DNA of 64,000 nt, from contig OZ316892.1 in the NCBI GenBank assembly GCA_973895155.1, positions 24,499,971-24,563,970 of the forward strand. Direction: 5' to 3'. Position numbers and translations under genes: made by a program. This DNA comes from Marsupella aquatica. Its lineage: Eukaryota > Plantae > Marchantiophyta. Of this stretch, positions 33,801 through 47,550 are shown piece after piece. The notes under the pieces are model-generated. The model was not told where the DNA came from. It was given only the letters and a program-made list of their open reading frames with translations, and ran no database searches. The stretch's first letter is position 1. Each line of letters starts with the position of its first letter.

Positions 33801-36800
33801 AGGGAGGTAAATAGTAGTATGGAACAACACAGACAGATGTACTGAGTGGTGCAGATTGTGTCATAGACATATCTGCCGTCTGAACACTGACAGAACTCGT
33901 ATGAGCTGAAGTTTGGCCGATTGGTTTTGATAGTGGAGGAGGACGAGGACTTGGATAGCCAAAGGCTAAGCTTGCTATGCCAGGAAAGTCAATAGACTGT
34001 CTTTCAGCAGCTCTAATACTGTGAACTGCTGAATAGGGAGGCCTAGTGGAATGCCTAGTGCTCACTGGAACTGCTCGTGTTGGTAATGATCGTCCTGGCA
34101 GCTTCTCGCCAGCGTCCACTTCAGGTGTGGATGGAGTGGAAATCTGGTCGAACGGCAATTCTTCAATATGTGTGCCCTGGTCAACACCATCTTCTACTTC
34201 ATCCACACCATTATACTCAGGCCAACGCTCATCCTCCTCCAATGACTGGGATCCACTCTTCATTTCTTCCAAGCAGTTATATTCTGGCCAGTCTCCTCCA
34301 GAAGATTTAGCAGAGTCTCCGCCACGCTCTTGTGTTGGAAACGCCAACGAAGGTAGATCAAGCATCGCCGTTTGCACTCCCAGATCCAAATGTAATTCAC
34401 TAAGCAACCTGCATGGAACGACACATGATGAATGGAGATCAGGTATAAAGCTCCATAATAATAAAAGCCAAGTCGCTAGCCACAGCTATTGCGCAGAATT
34501 TCTGACACTTCCAATGCTGATATCCTGGACTTAGCCTTTGAAACTAAAATTCCACATTATTAAGACCTTTCCGATGATATCCTATGATAGAGGTGCACAT
34601 CTCCGACTTGACTATAGATGCTCCAAAGTGACCAACAATGCAAAGTCACCCATAACAAATTAAACAGCTCAAAATTACAGGAACAATCAACAACTATATG
34701 AGATTTAAACCACGTCACGGATCTTCTGCTCGATGTTCCAAAAGCACGAGGGGTACGTACCCTTTTTCACCTGTCGACATCGGAGTCACCCCTGCGGTTA
34801 ATACAGGTTGAACAGAACAAGGACTACTTGCACAGGCTATGGTTGGTGCGACTGAAGAGCCACTAGAGCCCCTTCTCGCAGGCGGAGAAGGCAGTCCGCA
34901 TGTCATCATCGCAACTGTCTCAGACAATGGGTCGTCTTTCAGAATTGTCTGCAGCACAATTTCTAATAGTGCTAACTGTAACTCCTCTTCTTCGGTCCAC
35001 CTTTCCTCAAAATCTGTTCCTTGCACAAGAGGATCTGAATGAGCCTCATTCACATCAAATTTGGGAGACATAGCCTGTGCATCTTCACATGTTATATAAT
35101 CAGCCTGAGATGGACACTTACTTCCGCTCAATCTACTTCTATCTTTACTAAAAGGCAAGTTTTGTCCACTGTGAATTGCTTCCATATGCTTAGCCTCCTG
35201 AGATGGAAATACTCTAACAATTTGGTCACTGCCGCTACCCTTCGAAATTCTAAAACTACAACCCAATGAAGATTTGCCCATTTTTAGAGAAGAATGTGCG
35301 CTACACCCACCGGCACGAGCATCCTCGTGACCAGCTCCTACTTTCTGCGGATATTCTTCATGTTTACCCCATGAGCATTGTATTGCATTCCTATTGGCAC
35401 TATTGGCAATACTACCAAGATCGCCACTCGGGTTTTTTCCTACTTCTTCCAACACAGTGGTCCTGCAGGTGGAAAACCTTCGTCCCTCAATCTCTGAGCT
35501 TGGAAAGGATAACTTGTCCAAGGGGCAGGTTTCATCTGAGACACTTCCCTCAGACAATCCAGTCATCTTGGGGAAGGTGTTGGCGTTCCTTTGCATGGAA
35601 TTTGTGGACTCTTGTTTCTCAAAGAGATCCTTTTCTACTGCTTCATTGTAGGAGTCCAGAAACTCAAATCCTCCACTAGTATCTAACCAATGTTCAATAG
35701 ACTCTCTTACATCTTGATTCATGAGATTGCCACCAGATCTCGAGTTCAATTGTCCTGCGTACTCCCTTGACCTCTTGAAGACCATAGTAGATTCATCAAG
35801 CACGTGGTTTCCAGTCTCCAGCAAGTTTCTGCTGATAGTGAAATAATTTACCCGGTCGGTGGCATTTCTCTCCGTACTGAGCTGTAGGGTGGACCGTTCT
35901 GTACGGACATTATCCTGACTACCTTCAATATCTTCTGCTTCCCATTTATTTACTGCGGGAGGGTTCCCCCTTCTCAGTGACGGCTTCTCTCTTCCTCTCA
36001 ATTGAGCAATGGTGCTTGCATAACTCTCCAAGTTAACAGGATCTTTCCTTTTCCTCCTCAGATCAGCTTCCAGTGGCTTTGAATGTTTCTTTCCTAGCCC
36101 TCTTTGCTTTTTAACAAACTCCTCATTCAGCACCTTTGTGATCAGTACCTGAGATGCCTCTTTGGCGTTGGCATCCCAACCTGTCCCATGCTTATCGTAC
36201 GATATTTCTGTAGAGTCATTCCAATCGTCTTTTCTCTTCGTACCAAATTCAGCAGTTCGATAGATCAATTTGGGTACTTTCCATTGTTCTCTCCCTGAGT
36301 GATGTTTCCTTGACCGTCCTTGAAACTTTTCTTTTCCTCCTCCCAATCCCATACTTCTCAGCGAGTTCTGCTTACTCTTTACATATTTCTTTTGTGCTAA
36401 TCTTAATCCTAACTCTTTGGCTTCAGCTTTTTCAGCCTTTTCCAACAATGTTAACGCATTGACCTTCTCTTTCCTCTTCAGCGTTCCTTCCATCTGAAGT
36501 ATCGGCTTCTCAGTTCCTTCGAACTTGCCATTATGCTCAGATCTGCATGAGGAAGGGGGCCTTGCATTTGACTCGTACACTCTGGGTGAAGCTGAAATCA
36601 ACAAAGCTGCTCTCCTTTGAGCTTCTTCATAGGCTTTCATGACCGACTTCACACTACCAGACCAGCTGGTGTTCAGCTCTGAACTTGAAACCTTGGAGTC
36701 AGAATCTTGAGAACGTTCAAAACCCTTCCGAGTTTCCAGTAGGGTGTCCTCCAACTGGGGCTCTCCACTTTCAGGAGTTTGTTGGGACGGAACCACACTC

Positions 36801-39800
36801 TTTCGCGAATCGATTCTAGGATCTATTCTGGTCTCTAGCATTTGCTGACAAGCTGCGTCTCCATCTTTCAAATGGCACTCATCTTGTTGCAACCATTGCA
36901 CATTGGGGCCAAGCTTATTGAAATGTTCCTGTGAGTGATCAGGTTCATCGTGTCTTGCTTGCACCTTCATTACTGCATCATCAGCGACACTAACTTCTGT
37001 TGTCCTTTCCGAAGGTCCCTCGGTACAATTCGGTACACTAGAATTATTATCCAAACTTCGTTCCTTCAGTTTTGAAACCAAAACTGTGGATGGGTGCATG
37101 TTTGAGGACTCTGGCCTGTTCGGAATGGCTGGATCTTGGAGTTCTTCTGACTGGCCTACACAATGCTGTAATAAAAGTATGCTGGAATCAAGTGCCTGCA
37201 AGAGGTATTCTTTGAAATAGTCTGGTTTCGCTACTTGCATATTTGAAGCAGCAGAAGCAGACTGGGTACCTAAGGCTGTATCGTCACGTGCTAAGATACT
37301 GTTCAGATTAGGAAACCTTTCAAGAAGGGCATCGTTTGACGAAAAGCCCAAGTCTCCTGACAGGTGTGTTTCTGACTCTTGTTTCCCATTGAAACCTATA
37401 CTCTGATCATTTTCCTGCAGTTGCGTGTCAGAACCACCTTCGGGCAACTCGCTGTAATCCTGGCATTTGTCTGGTACATCCTTTGCATCTTTTCGGTGAT
37501 AATTTAATGCCTCTCCGCTTGGAAATGATGCCGATGGTGTCCTTTTCATTTCTTCTTCTTGTTCGAGAGTAGAGCCAGCTCTATCACTTATCTTCCTATC
37601 AACTGGAGTTTGGCTGTTTCTTGTGACTTGCTTTCCGACAGAATCATCAGAAAGTGTCACCCAAGAGAGAGTTGGTCCGCATTCCCTTTGCCTAATACCA
37701 GATTTTGCAGCATGATGCGACCCACTTTTCCCTGAATCTCTGCTTGGGGATAGTCCAAGTCCTTTCCTCTTGTCATGGTCGTCCAGATCCAGATCTTTTC
37801 TGTCACTTTTTACTGTAGAATCAGGAGTTTTCTGCACGTATCTGGCGAGATTGTCTTCAGTCTTCCTGTCCTGTTGGATGAAGCGACTGACATCAATATC
37901 AGCTCGCAGACAGTTACAACGCAAAGAAACGTGCTGATCCACTATATCTTAAGTCAGACTACCATGGATAACACTATATCACTAAATCAATGCACATCTA
38001 CAGCAACTAAAAATGCACAATGAATTCTTGTACATATCAATCAAATCAAGACATAGTATGTAGGTGTTTGTTTGTGACACTTACTGGATTAGCATCAGGG
38101 GTGAATATTGTATGTACCAGACTTTCCAGCTTCATTCTCTCTACTTGCAGATCTTTCAATTCCTTTACTTGTCGAAGAGAATCACCAAGCAAATAGCAAC
38201 GTCACTTCACATTATCCGAAAGAGGAAGAAAGAACAGAATCAATTCTACATGGCAACAGCTAACAAAATGAAGGAAGAATCTGTCCATACTTCCAGAACT
38301 ATGATGAATCCCGGATGCACAATTCAATCAGTCAACGTATGTAGTGTTTGCTGTTCAGGTAGATAACAACCTGACGGAACTGATCATAGTCAAAGGTCTC
38401 AGCAGTAGAGGCGTCAAGGACCTTCGCTGCACTAGCTTCCCCTCCCTCCGACCTGAAACCCCTTTCTTGCGAAACCTGTTTTTTGTCAAACCGTGCGAGT
38501 GGTGATGCACTCACAGCATCGTCAAACTCAGAATTCTTGCATATTAAAGTTTCTGGTAGGAGTTGCGGACGCCTTGGTGCCTTGCATTGTTTGACTAAGG
38601 GCCCCTTTCGGTGCTCTTTGCTCTTCCGGACGTCAGTGACTGTCTGAGTAGAAGAAGATGCTGCATCATCAGGGCAGGCAGACTTGCTGTGAGTTGTGGG
38701 ATGTTGAGTGCACTGTTTATGCTTGGAGGGCTCCAATTGGATTCCTGGTTGTGAGGTCGGTTTAACAATTGCTGTAGGCCCCAACTCATAAGCTTCTGGA
38801 GAGGCCCATGCAACCTTCCGCTTGTTTGGAACTTGAGACCTCAAGTTCTGTCCAGACCTTCTATCTTTCATCAGCACGTTCAATTCATGTGCCAGCCCAG
38901 CAGCAGCAGCTCCAAAAGCTTGCATTTTCATTGCTGTTTGGGCAGCCTGACTGTCACGGTTGTTCGCACGAGTAGAGGAGTCCAGACGGAGCGATTTCGT
39001 GTTCACTGAAGTCCTTACGATAGACGGTCTTTGAGATCTTTTGACCTATTGTAGATATCAAACACAGAAGTGATTACCTGTAAGCACCCACGGGAATGAA
39101 CTTCCCTATTGGAGTATCGCAAAGAAGACACTGAGATAAAGATGAACAGTCAGAACAAACTTATGTCTCAGTTTGAAAAAATCTTGACTTGGGTTTATGT
39201 AGGGGCTGTTCAAGGAATCTTTCCAGGCAAAATCTGCTCACATGTCCATCCGGTTTCGTGATCATACCATACTCTGGGTCGCCCGAGCAGCACCTTTGTT
39301 CTCACGATCTCTTTTTTTGACAATGCGTTTAGTGGGACCCCGACCTTCATAGCAGCTATCTCCATCGCGAAACGTATCTGAAACTTTCGTGGATGGGATA
39401 GGATCTGGTTTCCTTTTAGGCCCTATGACCTAGCAAAAAGCAAGATTCATGTAGTGCACGACAAAATGTAAACACTTGGAAAGACAGTTATCTCAAGTTC
39501 CAAAGACCATAGTCAAGAGACCATAGCACAAATACCTAACAAAGTTATCAATAAAAGTTAAGGACAACAATCGTTTTACTTCCTGGAGAACTCCAAAAGC
39601 TTACGCTCTGGTCCAACTTGATATATAAGCTTGATAAGAAAATTTACACTGCATCAATATTGAAATAAGAAAGCATAAACATTAAGATTGATTGATTCAG
39701 CATCAATCTGCTTGAATTCTTAGTAGCAGGTACACAAAGGATTCAACAGAGAGAATGAAAATCAAGAAACAAGGACATGTGAAAGCTTGTCCCTAGAAAG

Positions 39801-42800
39801 AAGATGTTGTTGTCTTGGGAAAGTATCACCTACTACACCCTGGACCTTTTTTAACGAGAACTCAGGACAGTCTGTATTAAATGAATAGATTACTACCAAT
39901 ACATAGTGTCATGACTTAGGCAACTTGCCACATAAGTCGTATCCCTAGCTTCGCTTACAGCGACAGTGAAATACATCAGTGGGATGAGTTCCAGATGGTA
40001 CTCCGGCTAAGAAATGTGAAAGTCCCACACTCAAAACTGATCTTCATTGAAAAAGCATGTGACTCAAAGGAAACACAGAATTACCTCTACTTGTCTGCGG
40101 CAACCAACTGATCCCCGCCGTTTATGCGTAGAAGTATCAGGAAGCTTTGCCTCTCCTTCAAGTTGGTTAGCTTTCTTTACCAATCTTGTAATCTTCTGAT
40201 CAAAACTGTGACGAAGGATTTCGTTGGTACTTGATCTCATAGTAGGTGAATATTTAGGTGACATCGAGTCGTCCTGTTGAACCACAGGTGGAGATAGCTC
40301 CAATACGCTCAGAGAAGCTTGCTTTGTCTGCCTTCCTTCCTCAACCTTGTTCGACGCAGATAAGGGGTCCCTCTCATAACTAATAGGCCCAGCAGGTCTC
40401 TCCTGGCGAGTCAATGGAGTATGTTCTAGAGTTCTCTGCGGTGATAATCTAGATTTTCTATGAGCAACCCGCACGTTGAACTTTCCCTGACGCCCTGAAG
40501 GTGAACGAGAACATGTGATAGGGTTGCCCAAAACTTGTTGACCAGCGTCTTCCACTTCGCCATACACGGTCGGATGACCTCCAACTTCAACTTGGAAACA
40601 TGACCCCGGAGGAGCATTAATTTGAACTGTAAAAGCTGGCAGATCTTCAGTGCTAACGTCTGCAGAAACTTTCTCATCTTTGTAGGAAGGGTGAGGCATT
40701 AACTCGCCCATGCTGCACACTTCAATTGCAGGATGTTTTCCTTGCAGCAAAGTGTCCGCCCCTTCAACAGCTGGACGATGGAGGATCCTATTACTGGCAA
40801 TACAATTTTTGTCTGACTCACATTCAAACACTTCATCAGGTGTTGATGAAGAACTTCCATTCAAGTGTGCTGCTGACTTTGCGCTCACACCACAATCATG
40901 CAGTACAGTATCTTGTTCCTCGTCTGTGTGGTAAGGACGAGATATCAACTCACGTACGCTATTCACATAGTCTGCGGAATATTTTTCTTCCAACACATTG
41001 TCGGGCATCGCAATATCTGTGGTGTGGAGGATTCTATTATCAGCAACACAATCTTTGTTTGCATGACTTTGAAACACTTCCCCAAGTGTAGTCAATGTAG
41101 TTCCATTTGCATGTGTTTCGGACAACTTTGTGCTCACACCACCATCCCGTCCTTGAGTAGGGCAACGTTGATCCAGTTGCAATCCCGTTGCAGAAGTCGA
41201 GGCTTTTAAGGTTGATTCTTTAACATCTGACCCGTACGTAGAATCTAAAGCAGCAATTACACTTTGCAGATAGAGGACAGGCTCTTCAGGTATTAGAGAC
41301 TTAGCTTCACACTTTTGCCCTATAATCTGTCCATGGCCCAACTTTTGTTCATCATTCTCTCTAGAGCTCAAAAGGTGTGATTCGGACCTTTTCTTCTCAC
41401 CCTTTTCCGACAATAGCTCATCAGGGTTCCTGAACCTTTTCATATCTGATTTAACAACAGTACCCTCAGAAGTGCCTTCAGAATTGTTTCTCCACTTGGT
41501 AGAGATTTCATCAGTCCATTTTCCTTTTTTAATTGACACAGATTTTCTGTGCCTATGTCCTTGAATTCCAACATCCCCGAGCCTCTGAAACATAGGCAGA
41601 ACCCCAAATCCAATTAGCTCGGACCGAACGACGAGATCCAAGATGGCAGTCCCAGTATGTAAGTTCTTGGAGCACATCTAGTGAAAGACTCTGTGAAAGA
41701 CAGCATTCCAAAATTGTGTCAAACGAATCCTGCAACCAGAAGTTTCTCTAAAGCCTGAAGTTGCAGAAACTTCAGTGTACTAAGACTAGACACATATTAT
41801 CAGCAAAGCCCTCACGCTATTGTAAACAGTAATGCAATACATGGAAAAGTAGCACGGACACATAAGTTTTCTGGCCTTATTTGTGAAGGCATTGTTGTTA
41901 AGCAAGAACAGGACTTATCTACTATTTAAACTACAGTGGAGCCACACTTACTTCCAAAGCATGCTTGATTCTCGTTGCCATTTGTGCTGTCATAACCGAA
42001 TCGCGAGTTGAACCGACCCCCAACCTTGCAAAATTATTCGTGCCAGAAAGTGATATTAAACCTAGAAAACCATTTCCTTGTTTCTTAGAAGAACTAGGAG
42101 GCCCGGTTTGATTAAACAAAAGAGGACTATAGTGATGCTGGAGAGAATTAGAAGAGGGAGAACTTGGCTTTTGTTTGCATTCTGCAGGCCCATTCTGATT
42201 CTGCATGTTCATTGACTGCAAATGATCAACAGCTGTTCTCGAAGGTTTTCCGCCCAACGATGTTAGCATCCTGTAATCCTCCAGATTATTACTTCGCTGA
42301 ATGGCAAGCCCGTTCTGTTTCAAATTTTCCAGAACGTTTTGGTCTTGCCCTGTCAAAAGACAACAAGTACGTACGGGTGCGACGTAAGTTTCTGGACCCT
42401 TCAATCCAATTTTGGCTTGTCCATCCTCCCACTCATAGTCAACATCTGAACTGCAGCTCGGTGCCACTACTAGAGGCAGAGAAGTCAGCAACCGCATGTC
42501 CGGGTGGGCCTGGAAAGTATGAGAACTTTCGTCAAAAGTTCTACATCCGCCTTCCTGCAATCGTAGTTTCCAAAAGAGAACATTACTGCATTTTTACCAT
42601 TTCTCGAAAACAAAGCGTTGATGTCTTTTTGCACATAAAATAATAAGTGATCTGGATGCCCAGATCCTGATGAAATACAAGTATTGCATCCATCTCTTCG
42701 TTCAGCCCGCTAGGTTATCACTCAGGCAAGCCCTTCCCTTGGTCGCTTCTGTGCTAATAGCAGAATGACCTCTTACCAGTGCATTGGTCTCAATTGGTGT

Positions 42801-44691
42801 AGAGGTCTGGTTCCTCTTATCCACGGTGACAAAGCCATTGAGCTCTGAGGAACTATAGATGTGACTCTCAAAACTTGAACAAAGGACCTCCTCGCTGCAT
42901 ACTTCCCTTTCTTTGCGACTTGCATTGTCAGAAGCATTTGACCCAGGGAAAGCAAAGAGCTTGAACCGCTCACTTTGACAAGTGACGTTGCAGTTGGAAG
43001 TGCAACCAGTGAATAGCTCATGCGAGTTATAATGTGGATTTGCTGTAAAAAGGGCAGTAGCAGCTATGCGAGCACCTGAATGTGTGTGGACAGTATTCAG
43101 AGTTTGGCCCTTGAGAAAATCCATCAAACTTCCATCATCTGAGGGATCAGAAGTCTCTTGAACAGTAGTGGGTAGCTCCAAAATCTTGGACTCCGAGGTC
43201 CCATCAGCGGGCCCCTGGGACTCCAATGCGCCGCCTTCAATTGTAGCGTTGGAACGTATTTCAGGGCCTGCATCATCATCACTTTCTAGAGTGGATACTG
43301 CTAAGTCATCCATTTTCTGGCTGCTTTGCACATCTTGGAGAGATCTCGCGTTTTCTTGAGAGCCTCCCAATTTCTCATCACTGGTGCTCTCATCTGCTTT
43401 GCTAGCGATTTGCAGAGGAGCCAGTTTTGGAGCGGAGAACTCCACGACATTCCCAGGACATGCCTCAGCGACTCGCTCTATCTGCCTACTGATGAATAAC
43501 GTATCGGGTTTTTCAGCCTCTGCAGCATCCCACACAGAAGATGCATCTTCTTCTGAAGACTCATTGCCAATTTCTGCATATTGAAATTACAGTCGCTTGG
43601 ATCAGGAGGAACTTTCGGGAAAATCAAGTTCTTCAATTGACGAAGTGGACAAAAGGTGAAATTTCGGTAACGAGAAGTAATGTTCTAATAAGAGAAGCAA
43701 CTATATCCAGTAATTTCAAAGTCAAAAGGGTCAGATACCGTCCCTTATATGCTGACTTGGAAGCTTCGACTAAAAGTTAACCCTTACTAAAACAGCTCAT
43801 CTTACGGGTGACGTTCCAAGGGTCAAGATATACTTCACCGAAGAGACAAAGAGGACTCAAGTTCGCGGTTCCATTTTACGGCCTTTGACTGAATTGTCAG
43901 AACAAACAACAAGATCTGACACTCGAACTTCAATTACGATTTAGCACATTTATACATTCGTACAGTCTGATGAAGGTTGAACCCATTGAGAGACTTTCAA
44001 AGGCCACGAGTGTGCCTGGGATAGCGGATTGTCAGATAATGGGAAAGATCAAAAAGCAGTTCAATGAAACGTTGATAAGCTCAACAGAAATATATATGAA
44101 ATCAGATTCAACCAACGCAAGCGATAACAAAGATAGCCACGAGAACTGCATTACATTTATATCTACCGCACTAATTGGAAAATGTCACCCACATCACAAA
44201 AGCAATAACGATGGCCTAGAGGGAATAAGCACCTTCCATCCAACTCAACCCTAAGAAATCGCAGAGAACACGTTGAGGGAAAGTAAGCCAAATTAGAAGA
44301 GGCGAAGGACTGAGTAGCAAGCGTATAAACGAAACTTTTTTCTGAGCGATGATTTGGGACGATCACTCAATCTTCTCGGAGGTGAGTGTTGTTCCAGTGA
44401 ATCAATTCCCTCTGATCCCCTGGAAGAACATTCAATTCCAAGACTATTGAGTTGCTCGAAAATATTGCGTACTTTTCTACAGGTATGCCTACCGCCAAGG
44501 ACCAGCAGCTCACCCAGTCGAGCAAGAGACGGCCAACGTAGCTGCAGCCGGGGAAAGGTCCGAATGCACAGGACCTCCTCTCGAAACCTGTGACACTCGT
44601 GGCGCAATCGGGCAAGGCCTGGCAACCCGCCTCGCCCTCGCACGCCGCATTTCCTGCTGCTGCTGTGCTTCCGTTCCAGCACCTTCACCAT
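30896..44691 (-). CDS. Very large multi-exon gene (~13 exons, ~3,100 aa), Ser/Glu/Lys-rich, probably largely disordered, function unknown
   Basis: Long minus-strand ORFs are joined by phase-compatible GT-AG junctions. Exons: 44691-~44493 (tentative), 43573-42777, 42554-41952, 41677-40085, 39429-39268, 39045-38371, a small unresolved exon near 38120-38170, ~37941-34761, 34408-33053, 32774-32722, 32368-~31998, 31603-~31324, 31004-30896. No domain was recognised. It could be two genes split at the unresolved junction. Confidence 0.7.
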
Positions 44692-44769
44692 TTCTAAACC
44701 CTTGTCAACCTCTCATCTCTTCTCGTTTCGTCACCGGGCAGCCTGTTCCACGATTCCGCAATCGAGAGG

Positions 44770-45296
44770 GAACGATCCGCCACCACCTCCATCGTCATTT
44801 CAACAATTCCACACAATCACAGAAGAATGATTCGCTACCACTTCCATCGTCACTTCAACAATTCCACAATCACGAAAGAATGGTCCACTAGTCACTTCCG
44901 GCTTCATTTCACCAGTTCCACGATCCGAAACGAAAGATCCGCTACATCATCCGTCTTCGTTTCAACAATTCCACAATCACAAAAGAACGATCAGCTAGTC
45001 ACCTCAGTATTCGTTTCAACAGTCCCACAATCACAAAAGAATGGTCCGCTACAACATCCGTCTTCGTTTCAAGAGTTCTACAATCACAAAAGAATGATCT
45101 GCTACCACCTCCGTCCTCATCTCAAAACTCACACAATCACAAAAGAATGGTCCGCTACAACATCCATCTTCATTTCAAGAGTTCCACAAACAGAAAAGAG
45201 TGATCCGCTACAACCACCATCGTCACCTCAACAATTCCACAATCGCAAAAGAATGGTCCGCTACAACATCCATCATCATTTCAACAATTCCACAGT
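44770..45296. repeat. ~55-bp degenerate tandem repeat, about 10 copies
   Basis: aagaatggtccgctacaacatccgtcttcgtttcaacaattccacaatcacaa is repeated. This explains the repetitive ORF 44827-45378. Confidence 0.9.
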
Positions 45297-46663
45297 CAGA
45301 AGCATTGCCCCAGACAGAGCAGCACGTTGGAACCATGCACAATTCGAGAAATCGACTGACGAAACTTCGCAGAGCTAAAATCCAACACAAGTGTTAAAAG
45401 AATTCTCGTCCAGCTACTCTAGAAGTTTGGGCGGAATGGGAGTCGAGCTCCCTCTTTCGAATGTACCCTGCTCCAAAATATTCGAGCAAAGGATTTTTGA
45501 AGTTATGAGATTTGTTCAAGTGCCACTCTTTTCTGTCCAATTCACTACTTTGCCACTCTTTTCTGTCCAATTCACATACTTTGTCACTCTTTTTGGCTTG
45601 AACCACCACTGGCCATATAAAAGGAGCAATGTCCAAAATTTCTCACTTCTTCACATTATTCTCCTCTACAGTGAGACTTTGCTCCATAATTTTGGGAAAA
45701 TGTACTCAAAATGGAGTAGCAATGTTTTTGTCTTGGCTAGTGGCCGTTTAATTACTTACATTGTCACCTTTTAAAGAGAGTGTAATCACATATATTGCCA
45801 TTCACACTACCTTTAATTATTTCATTGTGACCTTTTTTGGTTGACTAAAGTAACTCGGGTTAGCTTGAAGTCCAATGGTCAACATTGGATGGTTGTGAAT
45901 GTCCCCAAATTAACTTCAACACCCTCATCCATTCTTTACCAAGGGGGACAGGGGAGCAAGGCACCCAACCAGGAGACTCTGCGGGAGCAAAGCAAGAGAC
46001 CCAGCTTAGAGTCAAGGGTTGGAAAGTGTGTTGCGGTTAGGGGGGCCTGTGCTTCTTTCTGTTCCCGTATGAGATTAAATCTGGACCATGTAATGAGTGA
46101 AAATTGTTCCAGTTAGCGTTACACTAACTTAGTGGCCCATTGAGGTATGTGTCTAATATCATCATCCACGGTAAGCAGTGGCCCAAGGATTCTGATGTGT
46201 AGTGTTCATTTTGGTCAGAACTTCAAACCTTCACTCAAGGGATAAATTTAAATTTTCTTAAAAGGGATGTGCATTCCTCAAAGTTGGTTTCAAAAGATTT
46301 TTGTGTCTGGAATCTATCTTTAGAAAAAAGAGGTGAGCCCAAGGGAATTTTGATGTGGAGTGCTTATTTTGTGTAATAGTTTTCAAAGGTCAAGCATTCA
46401 CTCAAGGTTATTTGTATTTATTGAACTTCGTATCAAAAGATTCTCTTTCATTCAAGGGATTAGAAGCCCAAGGTGATTCTGATCTGAAGTGCTGATGTTG
46501 TCCACTGTAGAGTTTTTGATCCCTTTGGGTCCTTCACTCAATGGGTTTGCAACTTCATTTAAAATTAGTTTTGGTCTTTAGAACAAGAAGCCCGCCCAAG
46601 TAAATTATGATATGGAGTGCTTGTTTTGTCTAGATTTTACACCACAAAGTAGGGCTCCTTCAT

Positions 46664-47215
46664 GAAACTCATTTGCTTTGGTGAACTTCATTTCAAAAGA
46701 TTCTCTTTCTGGGGATTGCACTTATTAGTTGGCTCCATTTCAAAAGATTCTTTTCATTCAACTTATTTGCATTTATGCAACTTCATTTTATCAGATATGG
46801 AGCTCATTTGCTTTGGAACTCATTTGCTTTGTTGAACTTCATTTCAAAAGATTCTCTTTCAGGGGATTGCATTTATTAGTTGGCTTCATTTCAAAAGATT
46901 CTTGTCATTCAAACTATTTGCATTTATGTAACTTCATTTCATAAGATATGGAGCTCATTTGCTTTGGAACTCTTTGCGTTGTTGAACTTCATTTCAAAAG
47001 ATTCTCTTTCTGGGGGATTGCATTTATTAGTTGGCTTCATTTCAAAAGATTCTTGTCATTCAAACTATTTGCATTTATGTAACTTCATTTCATAAGATAT
47101 GGAGCTCATTTGCTTTGGAACTCATTTGCGTTGTTGAACTTCATTTCAAAAGATTCTCTTTCTGGGGGATTGCATTTATTAGTTGGCTTCATTTCATAAG
47201 ATTTTCATTCAGGGA
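46664..47215. repeat. ~151-bp tandem repeat, about 3.6 copies, built from cttcatttcaaaagattc sub-repeats
   Basis: gaactcatttgc.ttgttgaacttcatttcaaaagattctctttc.ggggattgcatttattagttggcttc recurs every ~151 bp. Confidence 0.92.
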
Positions 47216-47550
47216 TTGCTTTCATTGACCTTCATTCAAAATATTTTTGATCTTGAGTCTATCTTTATAACAAGAGTTTAGGCACTCGCTTTGGTGAAAG
47301 AAAGTCACGGAGTGCCCAGGATGTCCTTGTAAAGCCACCGTAGGAAACGTCCACTTTAGGAAACGTGGTTGCCTCAAAATGTTCGCGAGTTCTCCTCAGA
47401 TCACTGCAAAACCAGGCTCGCAGCAGAGGAGAAATGTGGAGGAGGAATCCGTAACATTACAGATGCAGCAGCAGCAGCAGCAGTGCACCTCGATCGACTA
47501 GCTGTGGTTGTGGTGCAGGGATTGTTGGATTAGCTGTCGCAGCAGCAGAG

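Noticed and set aside
44827-45378. 183-aa repetitive ORF
   Set aside because: It is a translation of the ~55-bp tandem repeat, whose period is not a stable multiple of three.
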